Shown: positions 28,321-32,000 of the stretch, piece after piece
Numbering within the stretch: the first letter of the stretch is position 1
Layout of the letters: every line of letters begins with the position of its first letter
Source of the DNA: Cylindrospermopsis raciborskii Cr2010
Lineage (GTDB): Bacteria; Cyanobacteriota; Cyanobacteriia; Cyanobacteriales; Nostocaceae
Direction: 5' to 3'
DNA: 32,000 nucleotides
Assembly (NCBI RefSeq): GCF_003367075.2
Contig: NZ_CP065936.1
Coordinates: 1,200,001-1,232,000, forward strand
Notes under the pieces: model-generated
Told to the model about the DNA's origin: nothing
Database searches by the model: none
What the model saw: only the letters and a program-made list of their open reading frames with translations
Program-made: the position numbers and the translations under genes

Positions 28321-28551
28321 GTGAAAAGATTATTCATTTGGCTTATTCAAGGTTATCGGTTATTTATTTCTCCTCTATTTCCCCCCAGTTGTCGGTTTCA
28401 ACCCACCTGTTCCATGTATGCTATGGAAGCTATAGAAAGGTTTGGAGTGTTTCGTGGAAGTTGGATGGCCCTAGGTCGAATTTTACGTTGTCATCCCTTC
28501 CATCCTGGTGGTTATGATCCCGTACCAGAAAAAACCGAGAAATCTCCTTAG
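28321..28551 (+). CDS. yidD: Membrane protein insertion efficiency factor YidD
   Basis: 76 aa, GTG start with aaggag 5 nt upstream. Contains [31 protein letters not shown] and [17 protein letters not shown], the YidD hallmark. Confidence 0.9.
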   Translation: MKRLFIWLIQGYRLFISPLFPPSCRFQPTCSMYAMEAIERFGVFRGSWMALGRILRCHPFHPGGYDPVPEKTEKSP

Positions 28552-28578
28552 CTTTTCTATCTCCCATATTGCCAGATC

Positions 28579-29256
28579 ATGCGTCCATATCATCAAATTC
28601 CCATTATCGAATCGGGGGAACCATTAGTAGAAATTCCCCTGGAGCTTTTTGCAGTGGAAAACCCCCACCCTTATGCCAAACTAGGCGCACGTTACGGACA
28701 ATATTCACCCTATTTTCTCCGGAAAACAGTGGTCAAAAATCTTATTCATGCCCAGAATTGTTTAAACCTATTGTCTCCTGGATGGCATATTCAAATATTT
28801 GATGCTTACCGTCCAGTAGGAGTGCAGCAATTTATGGTTGATTATAGTTTTATTCAACTGGTAAAAGCAGGGGGAATACTGGAACAAAATTTGTCCGATG
28901 ACCAGCGGGAAAAAATTTGGCAACAGGTATATGAAATTTGGGCTCCACCCAGTTCCAATCCTCACACTCCTCCCCCCCATAGCACTGGTGCAGCAGTGGA
29001 TATTACCCTAGTTAATGAACGGGGGGAAATTATTAATATGGGTTCGCCAATTGACGAAATTTCTGAGCGATCGCATCCCGATTATTATCTGAACAAACAT
29101 AGCCAATATCACCAAGGTCGAGAAATGCTAAATAACATTATGTGTCAAGCAGGTTTTCAACGTCATCCACGAGAATGGTGGCACTTTTCTTTTGGAGACC
29201 AAATGTGGGCCTGGTTATCCCATCAATCAACAGCAATTTATGGCTTTTGTGAATGA
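28579..29256 (+). CDS. M15-family D-alanyl-D-alanine dipeptidase (VanX/DdpX-like)
   Basis: 225 aa. Contains FDAYRP, the zinc-ligand motif HSTGAAVDITL and EWWHFS, the VanX-type signature. Confidence 0.83.
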   Translation: MRPYHQIPIIESGEPLVEIPLELFAVENPHPYAKLGARYGQYSPYFLRKTVVKNLIHAQNCLNLLSPGWHIQIFDAYRPVGVQQFMVDYSFIQLVKAGGILEQNLSDDQREKIWQQVYEIWAPPSSNPHTPPPHSTGAAVDITLVNERGEIINMGSPIDEISERSHPDYYLNKHSQYHQGREMLNNIMCQAGFQRHPREWWHFSFGDQMWAWLSHQSTAIYGFCE

Positions 29257-29295
29257 ATATTCAACAATCATTAAACAATTAATATAGGAAAATAA

Positions 29296-30288
29296 ATGAC
29301 TGTCCAAACAGGTTTAAAAGTCTTCTCTGGACTCAATTCTCAAACATACGAGCATCCTTTTGATAAACAGGCTTTAGCATCTTTGAGAAAAATGCCAGGC
29401 ATATCAACAATACTTAAAAAAATCAATGAATATAGTATTGACAGATTACTAAGATTACAAACGCTGGGTAGTGAAATTAGAGTTACAAAGAGGAATTTTC
29501 CTAAGTTGTATCAAGCATTAGTAACAGCTTGTGAAGTTTTAGATGTTTCTCCCTTGCCAGAATTATATTTATTTAGGGGAACAGGTTATATTCAAAGCTA
29601 TATTATTGGCGTAGAAAAACCCCTAATTGGCGTAAACTTAGAAGCTATGGAATGGCTTAATTCCGAAGAACTACTCTACTTAATTGGAAGTGAGATAGCT
29701 CGTATTAAAAGCCAAAATGTAGTCTACCATCAAATAGCAATTGTGATGCCAAATATTAAAAATTTATTGATCAGCACTACCCTAGGTATTGGCGGTTTGG
29801 TTGCTAGCGGAGTTGAATTGAGTTTATATAATTGGCTAATGATGTCTAAATTAACAGCCGATCGCGCAGGGCTATTAGCTTGTCAAGATATTAATGTAGC
29901 TACCACCACTTTGATGAAAATGGCAGGTTTACCCCAAGAATATTTAAATGATGATGTCATGAATGATTTTATCATCCAGTCACGTGAGTTCGCATCTAAT
30001 AATTTGGATACTTTAGATAAAATTACTAAAATACTAAGCTATGCTGAACCAAGACCTTCTTGGATCATTATGCGCACAGGAGAATTATTAAAATGGTATA
30101 ATTCTGGCGCATACGATAGCCTAATTCAGGGAAATTTTACCTCCTCAGATTATGTACCAAAAACAGAAGAAGTGGAAGATTTAGATAGTATACAAAATAC
30201 AGAAGATGGAGATCAGATCAAACACCCACAAAATCAGCAAAACAATCAGACAGGTTCAGAAGATTGGAATTTCATATCCTCTTGGTAA
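29296..30288 (+). CDS. M48 (HtpX/Ste24-like) peptidase homolog with a degenerate active site
   Basis: 330 aa. The N-terminal YEHPFDKQALASLRKMPG… and central TM pair fit a recalled M48-like family. Where HEXXH is expected, the sequence is LIGSEIARIKSQN (S-E-I-A-R). Confidence 0.65.
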   Translation: MTVQTGLKVFSGLNSQTYEHPFDKQALASLRKMPGISTILKKINEYSIDRLLRLQTLGSEIRVTKRNFPKLYQALVTACEVLDVSPLPELYLFRGTGYIQSYIIGVEKPLIGVNLEAMEWLNSEELLYLIGSEIARIKSQNVVYHQIAIVMPNIKNLLISTTLGIGGLVASGVELSLYNWLMMSKLTADRAGLLACQDINVATTTLMKMAGLPQEYLNDDVMNDFIIQSREFASNNLDTLDKITKILSYAEPRPSWIIMRTGELLKWYNSGAYDSLIQGNFTSSDYVPKTEEVEDLDSIQNTEDGDQIKHPQNQQNNQTGSEDWNFISSW

Positions 30289-30361
30289 TGGTAATATTTC
30301 CATATACACGCGGAGGCGAGCTAAAATGTCATGTATTAACCTAGGGATAAGTTCAATGAAG

Positions 30362-30781
30362 TCAAATATTGAATATTTCCAAGATTTGTCTACAAATGTG
30401 TTTAAGTTTTTCTCCAACTACACTAGAGGGTGTGGGTTCGCCCACAAAACTCCACTGTTCTATGGTAGAAAGTCGCCATACTTGACCTCGATGGTCAAAT
30501 CCTGATACTTCAACACCTATAGCTTTGGATTGTTGATTAATGGGATCTTGATGAAAGCGAATTTGGATTAACACACTACGACTGCGCCAAGACCTGCTGA
30601 TTCCGGGAAAGTGAAAACCTATATCAATGGAATCAGGATCCACTAGTTGTCTGGTCTCACGGTCATTTTGCCAAGGTTTTAGATCGCTTTTGGCATCAGG
30701 AAATTGTAATTTAAACAAGTTGACTACGGTAGCAATCTTACTAGCTATTTCAAAGTTGGTTGCTTGTTCCGATGCGTTCAC
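30362..30781 (-). CDS. Hypothetical protein
   Basis: 139-aa ORF, GTG start preceded by aggaga at 8-nt spacing. I recognise no motifs. Confidence 0.55.
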   Translation of the reverse strand: MNASEQATNFEIASKIATVVNLFKLQFPDAKSDLKPWQNDRETRQLVDPDSIDIGFHFPGISRSWRSRSVLIQIRFHQDPINQQSKAIGVEVSGFDHRGQVWRLSTIEQWSFVGEPTPSSVVGEKLKHICRQILEIFNI

Positions 30782-30944
30782 GTCAAGACTCTCCTAATAT
30801 TACATTGGACTGGTTTGCTAGGGAATCAGTGAAAAAATTCAGCAAAATTCCTCCAAAAACTTTCCCACTGTAGAATGAGAAATTACAGTACCGATCTAAA
30901 ATAAATCTGTCAATTGCTTAACAAACACTAAATTAATTTTCTTT

Positions 30945-31403
30945 ATGGTGCGTCAACGCCCTATTCTATCACTGATTCTTGTACTATTGACCACGTTTTT
31001 GATCAGTTGCAGCAGTCCTACTGTTGCAACTGCACCTCCCACCTATACACCAGAACAATTGGTAAAAGTGAGACAATATGTACCTGATATTCAGGCAGTA
31101 CAAAATCGATTTGAAGAACTAAAAAGTCTGATTACCAGTAGTGAGTGGATTAAAGTGGGTAATTTTATTCATGGTCCGGTAACAGAAGCTAGACTCACTA
31201 TGACCTATGTTATCCCCAGTCTATTACCCCAAGACCAAGGTCAAGGAAGACAAATTACCAAGAACTTATTGAATCACTTAGTTAGAGTTGATCAAGCTGC
31301 TAATGCTGGTAATACTAAACTGGCATTGAGCAGCTATAAAGACGTTGTGGCAGACTTTAACCAGTTCTTACAACTGATTCCCCCAGCACCAACTCAGGAA
31401 TAA
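30945..31403 (+). CDS. psbQ: Photosystem II extrinsic lipoprotein PsbQ (CyanoQ)
   Basis: 152 aa. Lipoprotein signal LILVLLTTFLISCSSP. Overall collinear with my recollection of Synechocystis CyanoQ (…YTPEQL…IHGP…L..LD.AA…Y…DF..FL.L.P). Confidence 0.82.
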   Translation: MVRQRPILSLILVLLTTFLISCSSPTVATAPPTYTPEQLVKVRQYVPDIQAVQNRFEELKSLITSSEWIKVGNFIHGPVTEARLTMTYVIPSLLPQDQGQGRQITKNLLNHLVRVDQAANAGNTKLALSSYKDVVADFNQFLQLIPPAPTQE

Positions 31404-31509
31404 CTCAATTGTCTCCATTGCAATCTGAGTCTTGAGTCACAAAACCCTAGTTTAATCAGGTGATAGGGTGAAGGGGTAAACTCTTCACCCCTCACTATTT
31501 ACAAAGCTT

Positions 31510-32000
31510 ATGAATGTAGTAATTATCGGTTGTGGTGTAGTTGGAGCAGCGATCGCATATCAACTAAGTCAAATCAAAGGTTTAAATATCACTGTTTTTG
31601 AAAAAAACCAGCCAGCACAAGGTTCTACAGCAGCTGCTTTGGGTGTTTTAATGGGGGTAATTAGCCATAAAACCAAGGGTAAGGCCTGGCAAATTCGCGA
31701 GGAGAGTATTAAACGCTATCAAACCCTAATTCCAGAGCTGGAGGAGATAACAGGGCGAAAAATTCCCTGTAACCGTCAGGGTATTGTCATGTTACTATCA
31801 GAGGATCCCACTCACCCCCTAAAAAGCGGAGTGGAAGCAATGAGTGACTGGGAGGAATTACAACAGGTGCGCAAATCCCAAGGATGGGAGTTAAAGGTGT
31901 GGGATAGGGAGAAACTAGGGAATTTTTGCCCCCAGGTAAATAATCCTATGGTAATTGGTGCTGTTTATTCCCCTCAGGATTTACAGTTGAATCCCACAGC
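31510..32000 (+). CDS. FAD-dependent oxidoreductase (glycine/D-amino-acid oxidase-like), 3'-truncated by the window edge
   Basis: My own translation from ATG 31510 gives MNVVIIGCGVVGAAIAYQL…FEKN…GSTAAALGVLM, a dinucleotide-binding GxGxxG fold. The frame stays open to the end of the window. It is absent from the ORF track because there is no stop. Confidence 0.78.
   Translation, partial: MNVVIIGCGVVGAAIAYQLSQIKGLNITVFEKNQPAQGSTAAALGVLMGVISHKTKGKAWQIREESIKRYQTLIPELEEITGRKIPCNRQGIVMLLSEDPTHPLKSGVEAMSDWEELQQVRKSQGWELKVWDREKLGNFCPQVNNPMVIGAVYSPQDLQLNPT

Noticed and set aside
28317-28802. Alternative-frame ORFs 28317..28517 (66 aa) and 28569..28802 (77 aa)
   Set aside because: They overlap yidD and the VanX-like gene in other frames. 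The yidD and VanX frames carry diagnostic motifs and these ORFs do not.
30206-30505. 99-aa plus-strand ORF overlapping the 3' end of the M48-like gene and the 139-aa minus-strand gene
   Set aside because: It has no RBS and is out of frame within one gene and antisense to another gene that has a good AGGAGA-GTG start context.
31466-31490. Hairpin gggtgaag/cttcaccc after psbQ as a terminator
   Set aside because: The stem is only 8 bp with a 9-nt loop and no following T-tract. Alternative pairings exist, so it is too weak to list as a feature.

Overview
This is a chromosomal segment of an AT-rich cyanobacterium, probably filamentous and Nostocales-like. By eye, the HIP1 octamer GCGATCGC occurs at least 13 times, and a CyanoQ/psbQ gene and cyanobacterial-type 23S/5S rRNA are present. 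The window opens inside an rRNA operon (3' ~2.3 kb of 23S, then 5S and its terminator). Next come two tandem 104-bp small-dispersed-repeat elements and a pair of exported proteins: a 302-aa beta-barrel-like protein and a 647-aa protein with about 20 near-identical 12-aa Pro/Thr/Val repeats. After dnaK lies a minus-strand envelope operon (2-TM coiled-coil gene, substrate-binding/vWA lipoprotein, small TM protein). Its first gene is cleanly split by a 756-bp IS1-family element with 25-bp inverted repeats and an 8-bp target duplication, and the pre-insertion ORF can be rebuilt in frame. Downstream are a P-loop ATPase with a PD-(D/E)xK-like tail, flanked by a decayed paralog fragment that itself carries a repeat-element insertion. 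A metabolic cluster follows (Rieske oxygenase, ribokinase, dipeptide epimerase, DUF1611). Then comes a solitary ~1020-aa Toprim + P-loop gene resembling cyanobacterial plasmid Rep (primase-helicase) proteins. The rest is mostly housekeeping: HEXXH membrane peptidase, zinc-ribbon/FHA protein, pgl, TolC-like, MlaE-like, rph, a P-loop-less CobO-like protein, yidD, a VanX-like dipeptidase, an M48-like protein lacking its catalytic histidines, psbQ and a partial FAD oxidoreductase. I found no CRISPR array, no tRNA and no canonical defence system. The candidates I rate most worth follow-up are the solitary Rep-like primase-helicase gene, the barrel plus hyper-repetitive secreted protein pair, the IS-split vWA envelope operon, and the ATPase-nuclease gene with its decayed paralog. 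All product calls rest on motifs read from the translations and recalled family signatures. No database search was run.
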